DNA from: Candidatus Heimdallarchaeota archaeon
GTDB lineage: Archaea > Asgardarchaeota > Heimdallarchaeia > Heimdallarchaeales > Heimdallarchaeaceae
DNA: 64,000 nucleotides
Direction: 5' to 3'
Assembly (NCBI GenBank): GCA_016839945.1
Contig: JAEOTE010000007.1
Span: 64,001 to 128,000, forward strand
The notes below the pieces were generated by a model. It ran no database searches, was not told the DNA's origin, and saw only the letters and a program-made list of their open reading frames with translations. Shown one piece after another: positions 1 to 11,500 of the stretch. Position 1 is the first letter of the stretch. Every line of letters begins with the position of its first letter. The translations under genes and the position numbers were made by a program.

Positions 1-98
1 CGACACTAGTAATGTGGAGAGATCAAGCAAGATTCCAAACATTTCAAACCATAAAAGTATAAAGAAAAGAAGGATAAAAACCTTTAGGAATCTTGTTA

Positions 99-893
99 TC
101 AGGAATTAGGTTTTCTTTTCTTCCGTTTCTTAAATTTGTTAAATATTAGAAAGGTTATGGTTACAATCATCAGGAAACTTATAGTATTGCTGAAAAAGCT
201 TGTCTCCAAAAGTTCCTCGATTAAATTGCTTGAAGTAAATAGTGGAACTGAAATGTTATAACCTGGGAAACCTGGCATTTCTGGGTAAAGAGGATTATCG
301 TCTCCAAAAGTTGTGAAGTTACCTAAAGTATAATTTAGACCATAATCTATTCTATACTGAAGATTTGCACCTGTATATTTTGTTAGATTTACATAATAAA
401 TTGGAGTGTTAAAATCTAATACAGAGGCATAAGAAGAATAATCAGGATCAGGATAGTATAGTACTTCCCACTTTGCTGGGGATCCGTCAGGTATTCTTAA
501 TCTCCATCTTGCATTGACTGTAATTTTATATAAATTGATTTGTGCTGTAGTATAGTTTAGATGTGATGTATCAACAAAAGTGTTACCATAAAAGCCATAG
601 TAAACATCTGTTTCTTCATCTTCGTCTGTATCCAAACCAAGTAAACCAAAATATAGGTTTGGTCTTTCATATCCTCCTACTGATTCATTCAAACCCATTT
701 CTTCTCTTTCATTAGGTCCAATGATTATAAATCTGTTTTCGTCACCCGTAACTCTCATATGGCCTTCGAAATCCCAGATGTCTTCCTCTTCTTCGTCTTC
801 TTGAGCATAGGAAATTAAAGATACAGCACTGAACATTGACACTATCATAATTGTTGATAAGAAAATACTAAGCCATATTATCTTTGTTTTCAT
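99..893 (-). CDS. Secreted/cell-surface protein with signal peptide and C-terminal membrane anchor; paralog of 890..1717
   Basis: Hydrophobic N-terminus, C-terminal TM helix plus basic tail (KFKKRKKRKPNS); shares GNFTT[FY]GxxNPL with the neighbouring ORF. Confidence 0.75.
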   Translation of the reverse strand: MKTKIIWLSIFLSTIMIVSMFSAVSLISYAQEDEEEEDIWDFEGHMRVTGDENRFIIIGPNEREEMGLNESVGGYERPNLYFGLLGLDTDEDEETDVYYGFYGNTFVDTSHLNYTTAQINLYKITVNARWRLRIPDGSPAKWEVLYYPDPDYSSYASVLDFNTPIYYVNLTKYTGANLQYRIDYGLNYTLGNFTTFGDDNPLYPEMPGFPGYNISVPLFTSSNLIEELLETSFFSNTISFLMIVTITFLIFNKFKKRKKRKPNS

Positions 894-1717
894 CTTTTTC
901 TCCTCCTTTTCGTGTAAACAAGCGTATAAATTGCAATGATAGTTGAAAACGATATTATAACAGACAAAAATGGAAAACCAACGCTAAAACTATGAGTTCG
1001 TGGTAAAGATGAACGTTCAACGTTTTCTGCTACAGTTAAATTATAAAATGGCCATTCATATGCAGTTGTGTTTCTTTCATTAGTGAATGCAGGTAATGGA
1101 TTCTCTGGTCCATATGTTGTAAAATTACCATTGACAAGAGTACCATCTTCATAAATTATTTGCCAAAAACCAACAGGGCCTACAACCAGTGTAAAATCAA
1201 CTAAATGAACTGGGAATCTTAAATCCGAACCAGTCCAGATTTCTGGTAAAGTTACAAGTGGTGAATCTAATTTATCTACAATTTGGTCATAGATATCTTG
1301 AGTTTTATTATCAAAAGTACCTACATTTGCAGGTGTTATATCCTTCCATTCTAATCCACTTGCTTCATTAATAGCAAAACTATAATTACCTCCATTTCCT
1401 TGAACTTTTGTTTCTTCAAAGAAATCGGAGAAACTGGGAGCATTTCTGATCGATTGTATTCCATAGAGAGCCACTATAATATCTACAAGGCCATCATCAG
1501 TTTGATCTAAAGCATACACAAAAGTGCGAATTCTAAAAGGATCCTCGATCAAACTTGGGATTGCAATTTGACGGTGTTTTGGGTAATGTCTTACACCAGT
1601 ATATGCCCATTCAATTTCGTCATACAATCCTGCTTGCAAATTGGGTGTAATAAAGAACATTGGTACCATTAGTGAAAAAATTATTATTGAACACATTATT
1701 TTGGATAATCTCAACAT
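890..1717 (-). CDS. Secreted/cell-surface protein with signal peptide and C-terminal membrane anchor
   Basis: Signal peptide, C-terminal TM plus KRRRKR; ATGA overlap with the downstream paralog at 890-893. Confidence 0.75.
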   Translation of the reverse strand: MLRLSKIMCSIIIFSLMVPMFFITPNLQAGLYDEIEWAYTGVRHYPKHRQIAIPSLIEDPFRIRTFVYALDQTDDGLVDIIVALYGIQSIRNAPSFSDFFEETKVQGNGGNYSFAINEASGLEWKDITPANVGTFDNKTQDIYDQIVDKLDSPLVTLPEIWTGSDLRFPVHLVDFTLVVGPVGFWQIIYEDGTLVNGNFTTYGPENPLPAFTNERNTTAYEWPFYNLTVAENVERSSLPRTHSFSVGFPFLSVIISFSTIIAIYTLVYTKRRRKR

Positions 1718-1854
1718 CTTTCCTCCAAATCAACTCTCTACAACTAAGGTTTAAGTGACATTTATAAAGATTATTGAATTGAGTAGATAATAGGATTAGC
1801 GTTGTTTCATCATAACTCTTAAATCGTTTAAAAAAATCCTTGAACTAGGAACCC

Positions 1855-3669
1855 ATGTCTTGGCTTGAAAAAAGAAAACGAACACATTCCGCTAGAAAAA
1901 TATTTGGGGTTATCTTTCCATATATTTCTAAAAGGAAATTGTTTTTTACTTTTGTTGGCATAGTTTCTTTTCTTGCTGCAGGAATCGGATTAGCTACTCC
2001 TCTACTAATCAGAGAAGCCATTAACACAGCGATTCCACAAGAAAAAATTGGATTAGTATGGATTATTGGTGGTAGTATTTTTGTTGCAGCATTAATAGGA
2101 GGAGTAATGGTATTTCTCTCTAGATTTTATGCATCGCTTTTTGCACAGAAAGTTATATTCGAATTAAGAAATGATATCTACGAAATTTTGCAGCAATTAA
2201 GTCTTGATTTCTTTGATGATGAGAATACAGGACAAATTATGACAAGAGTTACTACAGATCTTAATGCCATACAGTCATTTGTAAGTTTCACAGTTCGTTT
2301 GATCATGAATGGGATTATAATGTTTGTTGGAGCTTATATTGCGATGCTAATCATGAGCTGGAAGCTAGGATTGATTCTTGTTGCATTATTTCCTGGTTTT
2401 ATATGGTTGATTTATTGGTTCAGCAAAAACGTGAGACCTTTATTTTATCAAGCAAGAAGACAGTTTGGAGATGTAACTTCAATCCTTCAAGAAAATGTAA
2501 CAGGAGCACATGTTGTTAGAGGATTTGCTCAAGAAGAAAATGAAATCGCTAAGTTTGATAATTCCAATACGATATATAGAGATTTAAGAATTAAAACACA
2601 AGTATATCGTGCAATCTACTTCTCAATTATGACTTTATTAATTGGTGTTGGAACAACTTTAGTTCTTGTTGTTGGTGGAATAGCTACAATTAATAACCAG
2701 ATGGAGCTAGGAGATTTTATTGCTTTTATAGCATATTTAGCATTATTACCAGGTCCAACAAGGCAGCTTACATGGTTAGTGGGAATCATTCAGAGAGCTT
2801 TAGCAAGTGGAGATCGAATAATAGAGTTAATTGAAGCTAAAAAAGAAGTTCAAGAAGATCCGAATGCAATTGAACCACCAACATTCAAAGGAAAAATATC
2901 TTATGAAGAAGTATCGTTTGAGTATGATAAAGGAAGACCTATTTTATCAGATTTGAGTATAACGATACCATCGAGTCAGAAAATTGTTATTCTTGGAGGT
3001 ACAGGAAGTGGAAAAAGTAGTTTTGTTAATTTACTTTCGCGTTTTTATGATCCTACTTATGGTATAATCAAAATCGATGATGTTGATATTAAGAAATATA
3101 AATTGAAAAAAATGAGAAGACAAATAGGTTTGGTTCTCCAAGAAACATACTTGTTTAATGCAACAATTAAGGAGAATATAGCTTTTGGAAAGCCAGATGC
3201 AAGTGATGAAGAAATCATAGAAGCTGCAAAAACTGCTAAGATATATGATTTTATTGCTAGCTTACCAGATGAATATGAAACAAGAGTGGGAGATAGAGGG
3301 ATCACATTAAGCGGTGGTCAAAAACAACGTCTTTCAATAGCTAGAACATTACTTACTAATCCTTCAATCTTGATTTTTGATGATTCAACTGCTTCAGTTG
3401 ATGCAGAAACAGAAGCACATATACAAGAAGCATTGGATATTCTAAGTAAAGGAAGAACTACAATAATTATATCACAAAGAATTTCTTCTGTTCATTATGC
3501 TGATAGAATTCTTGTTTTCGAGGAAGGTAAAATAGTTCAAGATGGCAATCATGATGACTTAATCAGTAGTGTAGGTATTTATCAAGAGATATACAGAACT
3601 CTTGCTGAGAGTATGCAGAAAGTGAGTGATACTATAGATACAAAAGAAGTTGTAAGAGGTGATGATTAA
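1855..3669 (+). CDS. ABC exporter half-transporter (TMD-NBD), subunit with degenerate Walker B/H-switch (TM287-like)
   Basis: Multi-TM domain; Walker A GGTGSGKSS; signature LSGGQKQR; Walker B ILIFDD (D for catalytic E); switch ISQR (Q for H). Confidence 0.93.
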   Translation: MSWLEKRKRTHSARKIFGVIFPYISKRKLFFTFVGIVSFLAAGIGLATPLLIREAINTAIPQEKIGLVWIIGGSIFVAALIGGVMVFLSRFYASLFAQKVIFELRNDIYEILQQLSLDFFDDENTGQIMTRVTTDLNAIQSFVSFTVRLIMNGIIMFVGAYIAMLIMSWKLGLILVALFPGFIWLIYWFSKNVRPLFYQARRQFGDVTSILQENVTGAHVVRGFAQEENEIAKFDNSNTIYRDLRIKTQVYRAIYFSIMTLLIGVGTTLVLVVGGIATINNQMELGDFIAFIAYLALLPGPTRQLTWLVGIIQRALASGDRIIELIEAKKEVQEDPNAIEPPTFKGKISYEEVSFEYDKGRPILSDLSITIPSSQKIVILGGTGSGKSSFVNLLSRFYDPTYGIIKIDDVDIKKYKLKKMRRQIGLVLQETYLFNATIKENIAFGKPDASDEEIIEAAKTAKIYDFIASLPDEYETRVGDRGITLSGGQKQRLSIARTLLTNPSILIFDDSTASVDAETEAHIQEALDILSKGRTTIIISQRISSVHYADRILVFEEGKIVQDGNHDDLISSVGIYQEIYRTLAESMQKVSDTIDTKEVVRGDD

Positions 3670-5477
3670 TGGGTTGGTTACTTCATTACATGGCAAGAGA
3701 AGAAGAAGAGCGTGAAAGGAAATATTCAGACTGGACTCTTTTTAAAAGAGTTTTTGGTATGTTTAGATATTATAAAACTGAAGCTGCAGCTGTAGCTGCT
3801 ATTGTTTTAACTGCATCACTTTTTTCTTCCTTAATTCCTATACTCATGCAAAGAACAATCGATTATTTCATACAACCTGGAACAAAGGATTTTGTAAATG
3901 AATTAATGATTATGGGTGGGTTATATCTTCTATTCATCATACTAAACTTTGTACTCATTTTAACTAGAACTATTTTCTTTGCAAAGCTAGGACAAAAAAT
4001 GATCTATAGAATAAGAAATGATGTTTTTACTAAATTACAATATCTTTCATTTGACTATTTCACTGAAACAGAATCTGGTAGAACAATTTCTAAAGTTACA
4101 AATGATGTAGATGCACTTGGTGAACTATTAACTACTGGAATAATAGATATTTTTGCTGATTTTTTTGGGTTAATTTGGATATTAGTGATAATGTTTCTTT
4201 ATGATATTCAAATGACACTTCTGACATTTACAGTTATACCAATACTCCTTATTATTGCAATTTTCTTTCAGAAAAGAGTCAGAGCTGCTTATCGAAGAAC
4301 AAGAGTTGCAATTGCAAAAGTTACTGCTAACTTACAAGAAACAATTTCAGGTGTTAGAGTGACTAAGGCTTTATCTAGAGAAGGGGAAAATATTGAAAGG
4401 TTCAGGGATCTGAATCAAGAGAATTTTGCGGCCAATGTTCAGGCTGCAGGAGTATCCTCTCTTTTCATGCCTATTATACAAATAATTGCAGCCCTAGGAA
4501 GTACAATAGTCATTATATTTGGAGGATATGCTGTAATCTCTCTTGGTACTATAACCTATGGTGAACTTTACGCATTTTTAGAGTACTCAAATAGATTCTT
4601 TATGCCTGTGATAAGTTTATTCACGTTTTACACAATCATTCAATCAGGTTTCGCAGCAGCAGAAAGAATCTTTGAAATAGTAGATGAGGAACCAAGTGTA
4701 AAAAATCACTCTAATCCATTCAAACCAAAAGAAATAAACGGTCATTTGGAACTACATTCAGTTGACTTTAGATATCAAGAAAATGTCCCTGTATTAAAGA
4801 ACATCAATTTGGTCATAAATCAAGGAGAGAGCATAGCTTTAGTTGGTCAAACAGGAGCTGGAAAAACGACGATTACGAAGCTCTTATCTCGTTACTATGA
4901 TGTTTCTGAAGGAGAAGTTCTAGTGGATGGAAGGGATATAAAAGAAATAGACTTGGAGATATTAAGAAAAAACATAGCGATTGTTCCCCAAGATGTTTAC
5001 TTATTCAGTGGAACGATTATGGAGAATCTCAAGTTTGGGAAGAAAGAAGCAATGGATGATGAGGTTTTCGATGTTTGTTTAATCTTGGGATTGCATGATT
5101 ATATTCTAAGACTTCCAGAAGGATATGAGACAGATGTAAAAGAAGGCGGGTCTAGATTGTCATTAGGACAAAGGCAACTTATATCCCTTGCAAGAGCTGT
5201 TGTAGCTGATCCAAGTATTTTGATTCTTGATGAATGTAGTAGTTCTGTCGATCCCATTACAGAAGCTTTAATTCAAAAAGGAATAAATTTCATTCTCAAG
5301 GAGAGAACATCAATAATCATAGCCCATAGACTTTCAACTATCAAAAATGCTTCCAAAATTGTAGTTCTAGAAGATGGGGAGATTATTGAAGAGGGAACAC
5401 ATGAAAAATTACTTTTAAAGAAAGGAAAATATTATGATCTTTATGAGACACAGCTTACTAGTAACATAATTAACTAA
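3669..5477 (+). CDS. ABC exporter half-transporter (TMD-NBD), partner subunit (TM288-like)
   Basis: Walker A GQTGAGKTT; degenerate signature LSLGQRQL; Walker B ILILDE; IAHR; TAATG overlap with the upstream gene. Confidence 0.93.
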   Translation: MGWLLHYMAREEEERERKYSDWTLFKRVFGMFRYYKTEAAAVAAIVLTASLFSSLIPILMQRTIDYFIQPGTKDFVNELMIMGGLYLLFIILNFVLILTRTIFFAKLGQKMIYRIRNDVFTKLQYLSFDYFTETESGRTISKVTNDVDALGELLTTGIIDIFADFFGLIWILVIMFLYDIQMTLLTFTVIPILLIIAIFFQKRVRAAYRRTRVAIAKVTANLQETISGVRVTKALSREGENIERFRDLNQENFAANVQAAGVSSLFMPIIQIIAALGSTIVIIFGGYAVISLGTITYGELYAFLEYSNRFFMPVISLFTFYTIIQSGFAAAERIFEIVDEEPSVKNHSNPFKPKEINGHLELHSVDFRYQENVPVLKNINLVINQGESIALVGQTGAGKTTITKLLSRYYDVSEGEVLVDGRDIKEIDLEILRKNIAIVPQDVYLFSGTIMENLKFGKKEAMDDEVFDVCLILGLHDYILRLPEGYETDVKEGGSRLSLGQRQLISLARAVVADPSILILDECSSSVDPITEALIQKGINFILKERTSIIIAHRLSTIKNASKIVVLEDGEIIEEGTHEKLLLKKGKYYDLYETQLTSNIIN

Positions 5478-5540
5478 CACATAGTTCTATTCATTACAAA
5501 ATCTTTTTTACTATACTTTTTCTTTGAATAGTAGATATAA

Positions 5541-7391
5541 ATGGCTAAATTATCTGAATTAACTGCAAATGAAGATAAAAGAGTTTTATGTTTAGGAAAC
5601 GAAGCAATTGCTAGAGGAGCTATTGAAGCTGGAGTTCAAGTGTTTGCTGCTTATCCTGGAACTCCTAGCAGTGAAATAAGTATGGCACTTAATGCAGCTG
5701 CACCAGAACTCGGTTTTTATGCTGAATGGAGCACAAATGAAAAAGTAGCAATGGAGGTAGCTTTTGCAGCATCTATAAGTGGAATCAGAGCAATGACTGC
5801 TTGTAAACATGTTGGTTTGAATGTTGCTGCTGATGTTTTTTATTCCTTCATGTATATGGGATGTAAAGGTGGATTTGTAACAGTAGTAGGAGATGATCCT
5901 CATTGCTTCAGTAGTCAAAATGAACAAGATTCAAGATGGTTAGGTGTATCAGCAAACTTTCCAATTATTGAACCATCTAATCCTCATGAAGCAAAAGAAT
6001 TTACAAAACTAGCTTTCGAAATTAGTGAAAAATTTGAAATTCCAATGTTACTTAGATCAACTACAAGAATTTCGCATGCTAGAGCAGATGTTCAATTTAA
6101 CAAATATGAATCAAATTTCAAAGATGGAGAATTTGAAAAAACCTCTCGATTTAAGTGCTTACCTGCGATAGCTAGAGCAAATCATCCTAAATTATTGGAA
6201 AAAATTGAAAAAATCAAAGAATGGATTCCTGAGAGTGGTCTAACAGTAGTTGAAGACTGTTCCGATAATAAATTTGGTATAATAACTTCAGGAATATCAT
6301 ATGCGTATGTCAAGGATGCGTTAAAGGAATTGAAATTAGATGTATCCATTTTGAAACTAGGTATGGTTTCTCCACTTGATGAGGAATCAATTATTAAATT
6401 TTCAAAAGATAAAGAAAATATTATTTTCATAGAGGAAGTTGATCCATACCTAGAGGACAGAATATCAGCATTATTAATTCAGAATAATTTGTATCCAAAA
6501 ATACATGGAAAGTGTTCTGGAGCAACTAAACGTTATCATGAATTGAATTATAGAATTGTAGCAGAAGCTCTATCGAAAATAATAGGAGGAGAAATCCCAT
6601 CAGTTGCCGAAATAGAGGAAGCAGTTGAAGGAACTAAAGAATTTATTCCATTCAGACCTCCTTTATTCTGTGCAGGTTGTCAACATAGAGCTGCATTTTA
6701 TGAACTTTCCAAAGTTGTTAGAAAGAATAATGGTATTTTCTCGTCAGATATTGGTTGTTATTCCTTGGATCCTTGGGTAACAGATACAATTGTCTGCATG
6801 GGGGCTTCTATTGGAATGGCAAATGGTTTCGCTCGAGTGATAAAGGATAAACCCATTTTTGCGATAATTGGAGATTCTACATTCTTCCATACAGGTCTTC
6901 CTGCTTTAGCAAATGCAGTATATCATAAAGCAAATTTCAATATTTTAATTTTAGATAACAGGATGACTGCAATGACAGGTTTCCAACCGAATCCTACTGA
7001 AAGTATTCCCATAGAAGATGTAGTTAAAGGAATGGGAGTAGAATATATAGTTGAGTTTGATCCTTATGATTTCGAAAATGGAAAAAAAACAATCGAAGAA
7101 GCTCTGAAGCATGAAGGTCCCACCGTTATAATCATGAGAAAAATATGTGCTAATGAGTGGTGGAGAACGCAAAGAAGGAAGGGTGAGAAGATTGAAGTTT
7201 ATTCAATTGATCCAGAAATATGCATTGCTTGTGGTACATGCATAGTGCAATATCAATGTCCAGCAATTTCATGGAGTTTGGATACCAATACAAAAGGGAA
7301 AAAATATTCTGTCATAGATCCTTCAATGTGTACTGGATGTTCAGTTTGTTCTCAAATATGTCCTGTAAAAGCAATTTCAAAGGTAGAGTGA
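5541..7391 (+). CDS. iorA: Indolepyruvate:ferredoxin oxidoreductase alpha subunit
   Basis: LGNEAIARGA, YPGTPSSE, KHVGLNVAAD, RPPLFCAGC, TPP motif GDSTFFH, C-terminal 2x[4Fe-4S] ferredoxin motifs. Confidence 0.95.
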   Translation: MAKLSELTANEDKRVLCLGNEAIARGAIEAGVQVFAAYPGTPSSEISMALNAAAPELGFYAEWSTNEKVAMEVAFAASISGIRAMTACKHVGLNVAADVFYSFMYMGCKGGFVTVVGDDPHCFSSQNEQDSRWLGVSANFPIIEPSNPHEAKEFTKLAFEISEKFEIPMLLRSTTRISHARADVQFNKYESNFKDGEFEKTSRFKCLPAIARANHPKLLEKIEKIKEWIPESGLTVVEDCSDNKFGIITSGISYAYVKDALKELKLDVSILKLGMVSPLDEESIIKFSKDKENIIFIEEVDPYLEDRISALLIQNNLYPKIHGKCSGATKRYHELNYRIVAEALSKIIGGEIPSVAEIEEAVEGTKEFIPFRPPLFCAGCQHRAAFYELSKVVRKNNGIFSSDIGCYSLDPWVTDTIVCMGASIGMANGFARVIKDKPIFAIIGDSTFFHTGLPALANAVYHKANFNILILDNRMTAMTGFQPNPTESIPIEDVVKGMGVEYIVEFDPYDFENGKKTIEEALKHEGPTVIIMRKICANEWWRTQRRKGEKIEVYSIDPEICIACGTCIVQYQCPAISWSLDTNTKGKKYSVIDPSMCTGCSVCSQICPVKAISKVE

Positions 7392-7395
7392 TAAA

Positions 7396-8001
7396 ATGGA
7401 TGAAGAATACAAAATGGTTTTAGTAGGTGTTGGTGGTCAAGGAATTCTGACTATTTCAGATGTTATAGCAATAGCAGCTCAGAAAAAGGGCTTACATGTA
7501 TTAGGTTCAGAAGTTCATGGCATGGCTCAGAAAGGTGGATCAGTTATTACAAACTTGAAAATTGGGAAAAAACTTTACTCACCAACAATACCTATAGGTT
7601 CCTGCAAAGCTCTGGTTGGATTAGAAGAAAATGAAACACTTCGATATATTAAATTTCTAAAACCTGATGGAATTGTTATAACATCTAAAACTGTTCTTTA
7701 CCCAGTAGGCTGGAAAAAAGACAAATCTGCAGCTGATATTGCACATGAAAAAATTGAAGAGAATCTAGAACAATTCAAGGTAAAAATCATTAGAATAGAT
7801 GCAGAAGAATTAGCTCTGAAAGCTGGTTTAGTTCTTACTCAAAACATAGTTCTGCTTGGAGCTCTATCTCAAATAAAGGATTTCCCACTATCAGAGGAAG
7901 ATCTCAGATCTGCTCTAAAAGAAAGAGTACCTTCTAAATACTTGAACCAAAATCTAAGAGCCTTTGATTTAGGTATTGAAGCAGTGAAAAATAGAACATA
8001 G
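7396..8001 (+). CDS. iorB: Indolepyruvate:ferredoxin oxidoreductase beta subunit
   Basis: GVGGQG and SEVHGMAQKGGSV motifs; directly downstream of iorA. Confidence 0.95.
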   Translation: MDEEYKMVLVGVGGQGILTISDVIAIAAQKKGLHVLGSEVHGMAQKGGSVITNLKIGKKLYSPTIPIGSCKALVGLEENETLRYIKFLKPDGIVITSKTVLYPVGWKKDKSAADIAHEKIEENLEQFKVKIIRIDAEELALKAGLVLTQNIVLLGALSQIKDFPLSEEDLRSALKERVPSKYLNQNLRAFDLGIEAVKNRT

Positions 8002-8068
8002 TCTACTATTTCTACAAAGGACTTCTTGTAAGAGTTCAAGGTTTAGAATTAGAATTAGTGTTTATTTT

Positions 8069-8386
8069 CTAAGCATTACCTTCTTCTGGTGGTAATTGCA
8101 CAGCGTCTATGATTCGTTCACCTGCAACCACCTCATCAACGGAATGAATTGAAGAACCATAATCTCGGAGAGTTTCTTGAATATTTTGGAAAATCAAATC
8201 GTCTCCTACAATAGTTACAGTTATTCCTTCAGTGCTTGAATCAGTTTCAGTTCTTAGAATATTCACTGATTCTATTCCTTTCAACTTAGTTAATTCCAAA
8301 GCCAAAACATCAATTCTTGGTTGATGAGGCTTTAACACATCCAATACAAGTCTTCTTATGCGAACATTTTTTGTGGGTTCAGCCAT
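8069..8386 (-). CDS. DUF211 family protein
   Basis: IRRLVLDVLKPH...SIHSVDEVVAG pattern typical of archaeal DUF211. Confidence 0.85.
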   Translation of the reverse strand: MAEPTKNVRIRRLVLDVLKPHQPRIDVLALELTKLKGIESVNILRTETDSSTEGITVTIVGDDLIFQNIQETLRDYGSSIHSVDEVVAGERIIDAVQLPPEEGNA

Positions 8387-8534
8387 CTTTGTTCCCGTGT
8401 TATAACTGATTAGTCAATTTTTTCTTTGTTTAGTAGATTATTAAACTTTCTGTTATCTAAATAGATGTAAGTAATAGTAATATTCTTTAATTTGGCTTAC
8501 CATTAGAAAAAAGAATTTAAACATAGTAAATATT

Positions 8535-11500
8535 ATGTATTGGGGAACTCTAGATTATGAGTACAGATATGTGAGGTTTATGACTAAGAAATTTCCGTAT
8601 GAGCTTTGGTTATCTGCAGGAAGTGATGCAGGTATTAGTTTTGCCACAGTTGGCCGTCTAGCTAAAGATTCAAGCATGATGCAAGGGATTCTACTTTCCC
8701 TTCAAAATCTAATGTCTACAGAAGTAGATGTTTCTAATTCACAATTTATGACAGGAGAGAATGAGTTTGTAAAATTTGGTACTTTTACACTTGCAGAAGA
8801 AGCAGATAATGTTGTTGTTCAATATATCGTTAAATCCGAACAAGCAAAGAAATTGTCCAAATATGATGAAGAACTTGTTCAAGAGTTAGCTCAGTCATTC
8901 TGTAGATTCATAATATTAACACCCAATTTCCATCAAAACATATCTGCTGGAAAAATGATATCTCCTGATTATGTATCAAAAGCGTTCCTAAAAGCATGTA
9001 CTATTACTAAACAAAAAATTAGTGTCCCTACAAATAACAAGGATTTGGGTGAGCTAATAAAGAAACATATAGAGATTATAGAACAAAATCCGGAGAATTA
9101 TGAAACATTAGTACAATTAAAAGACATTAAACAATGGTTAGGGGATGATGAACAGTCTTGGGATAAAGGTTCAATTATACCATTCAAAAGACAACTTCTT
9201 GTTCAAATGGTTTCTCAAGATATATTAAACCAAATAATTAGAGAGGATCCTTTTGTTCTCTTAGAGTTTGAATCCCCCAGATATGTGGTGGAGGAAATTC
9301 GAAATAGTATTGAAAATTATTTAAGAAAGAAAGACATCAAACCTCAAGATTTAATAGAAAGATATCTAGCAAAAGATTTGTCAAAAATTGTTAGAACAAA
9401 CCTTGAAAGATTAACAATCGATGAAATACATTCTGCCAATTCCTTTATATCTAACATTCTAGCAAAGGAAGTAATATACAAAATTGCTAAAGAAAAACCT
9501 CTAAATTCTTTAATTGATTTTAGAGATATTCCCCTCTTTAGTACAATTCAAAAAACTATAACCACACTAACAGAGATTCCTAACCCTGGAACAATGATAT
9601 GTGATGCACTTATTGAGGATGTATCACCTTTAGTACTACAAAGTGGAAGACTTTTCTATAATCAATTAATAAATCCATTTACTGGAAAAAAACTTCCCCC
9701 AAGTATTTGGAATGTGATAATAGATTTTACATATGCAATAATTGAAGAAAAGAAAATTAAAAGTAAAGAAGAAGGGAGAGAAACGTCTATACAAGTAAAA
9801 AGAAATCTTCTAAACAATCGTCTAGCAAAATTAACAGTAATTCAATCAGAATGGCTGAAGGAATTAACTATAAAATTTAAGGAAGTAGGTGTAGGAAGAG
9901 AGCTTCGATTATCTAATGTTGAAGAATCTGTCTTATTTGCAAACGCATTGGAAAGAGCAATAATCACCACTTTGGAGAAAATAGTCAAAGATCAACTATT
10001 TAATACAAACCTAGGAGATATCTTTAATTTCATGATTGATACATTCAAAGATCTAGCTCCTAAGACGGTTTTAGCTAAAATAATATCCAATGTAATGAAT
10101 GATGTTAAAGAAAGAAAATATGAAACTGCTCAACAAATGAGTATGAGCGCTCAAGATCTTATTGGAGCATCAATTGAAGAAGGAGATGTGAAAGCTTTTG
10201 TGAATTCAGTTCCTGTTCAATTGAAAAGATCTTTCTTTAGAGGAACAAATCTCAGTTTTGATGGAAGAACTGTATCTTCTTCTGAATTATTACAGAAAAA
10301 AGGAGTTTCTATAAGTATAGGTAACAAAATAATGCCTCTAAACGATTTTGAAGCAGATGCAGAATTTCTATCAACTTGTTTTACAAACTCTAAAATATTA
10401 CGTAAAGCTTATGCTAAAGCCATATTGAGGGGGATGATTGAATCTTATGTACAACAGATTTTTAATTTTGAAGGTGAGATAATAGGAAGACTTGACTCTT
10501 TAATAACTGCTTTTAATAAAGAAATGGTTTCGAAATTGACACCTGCTCATAGGTTGCTTGAAATAAAAGAAAGTTTCCCTTCTTTCCCTCAAATACGGGA
10601 TATTCCACAAAAATTTGCTGAAAGAAATTTTCATGATCGTTGTCGTGATAGTTGGAATCTTTATGCACCTAAAATTCAAAAAGCAATCCAAGATATACTA
10701 AATGGTTTCTCTAAGCTACGTACAAAGGATTTAAACTATAAGAAAAAAGCTATGAAACTGTATAGTAAAGCTATAAAAGATCTAAAATATGTTCGAAAAA
10801 TTCTTCTTAAAAGCTGGAATCCCCTCAATAATCAAATGACCAAAGTTGTTGAAAAATGGTCAAAAGATGTAAGTGCTAAGCTTTCAGCTCATCTAGATTT
10901 TGTTGATCGCAATGTTAATGATTGGATTAGTGATGTTTTCAAGATTAATAGACTAGAATATGGCCGTTTTACAATTTCACATGAGCAAAGTCAAAAACAA
11001 ATAATTGAAACTCTCAATGAAATCAACCCTAGAGAGATAGCGGAATTACCTAAGAATTTCATGGAGATTGCTATATCAATTCTGCTTTATCGTCGAATAC
11101 CTGAGTATGTTATAGATGAATCATACAACCAAATGATATCTGGAGAAAGGAAAGTTGCTGATGCTGTATTAAAAGCATGGAGTAAAAGCAAATCCAGAAA
11201 TGAGTTTGAGGATAACCTTTACATGAACATGAGGGTTTTAGGAAATACTTTTACTAGAATGATTAATACATACGGGAGATTAGTAAGCTCGTTATTTATT
11301 CAAGATGATATTGCTTTATCCAGTGATATCAAAGGTTATTACATAGTATTAGGATCATTCACAAAGGATGTATATACTACAAAAAATCATGTGTTATCTA
11401 TCTTAAGATTCCTGAATGTTGAAGTTATAGATTTAGGAGAAGATTGGGAAGTCAGACTGTACTTAGAACCTGAATACAAGAAAGAGATGAGTGAGTACAG

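Noticed and set aside
1-62. Possible 3' end of a plus-strand gene (TLVMWRDQARFQTFQTIKV*)
   Set aside because: Too short to support a frame or product call
1855-5477. Degenerate ABC motifs as a novelty or pseudogene sign
   Set aside because: One degenerate and one consensus site is the established pattern for heterodimeric exporters
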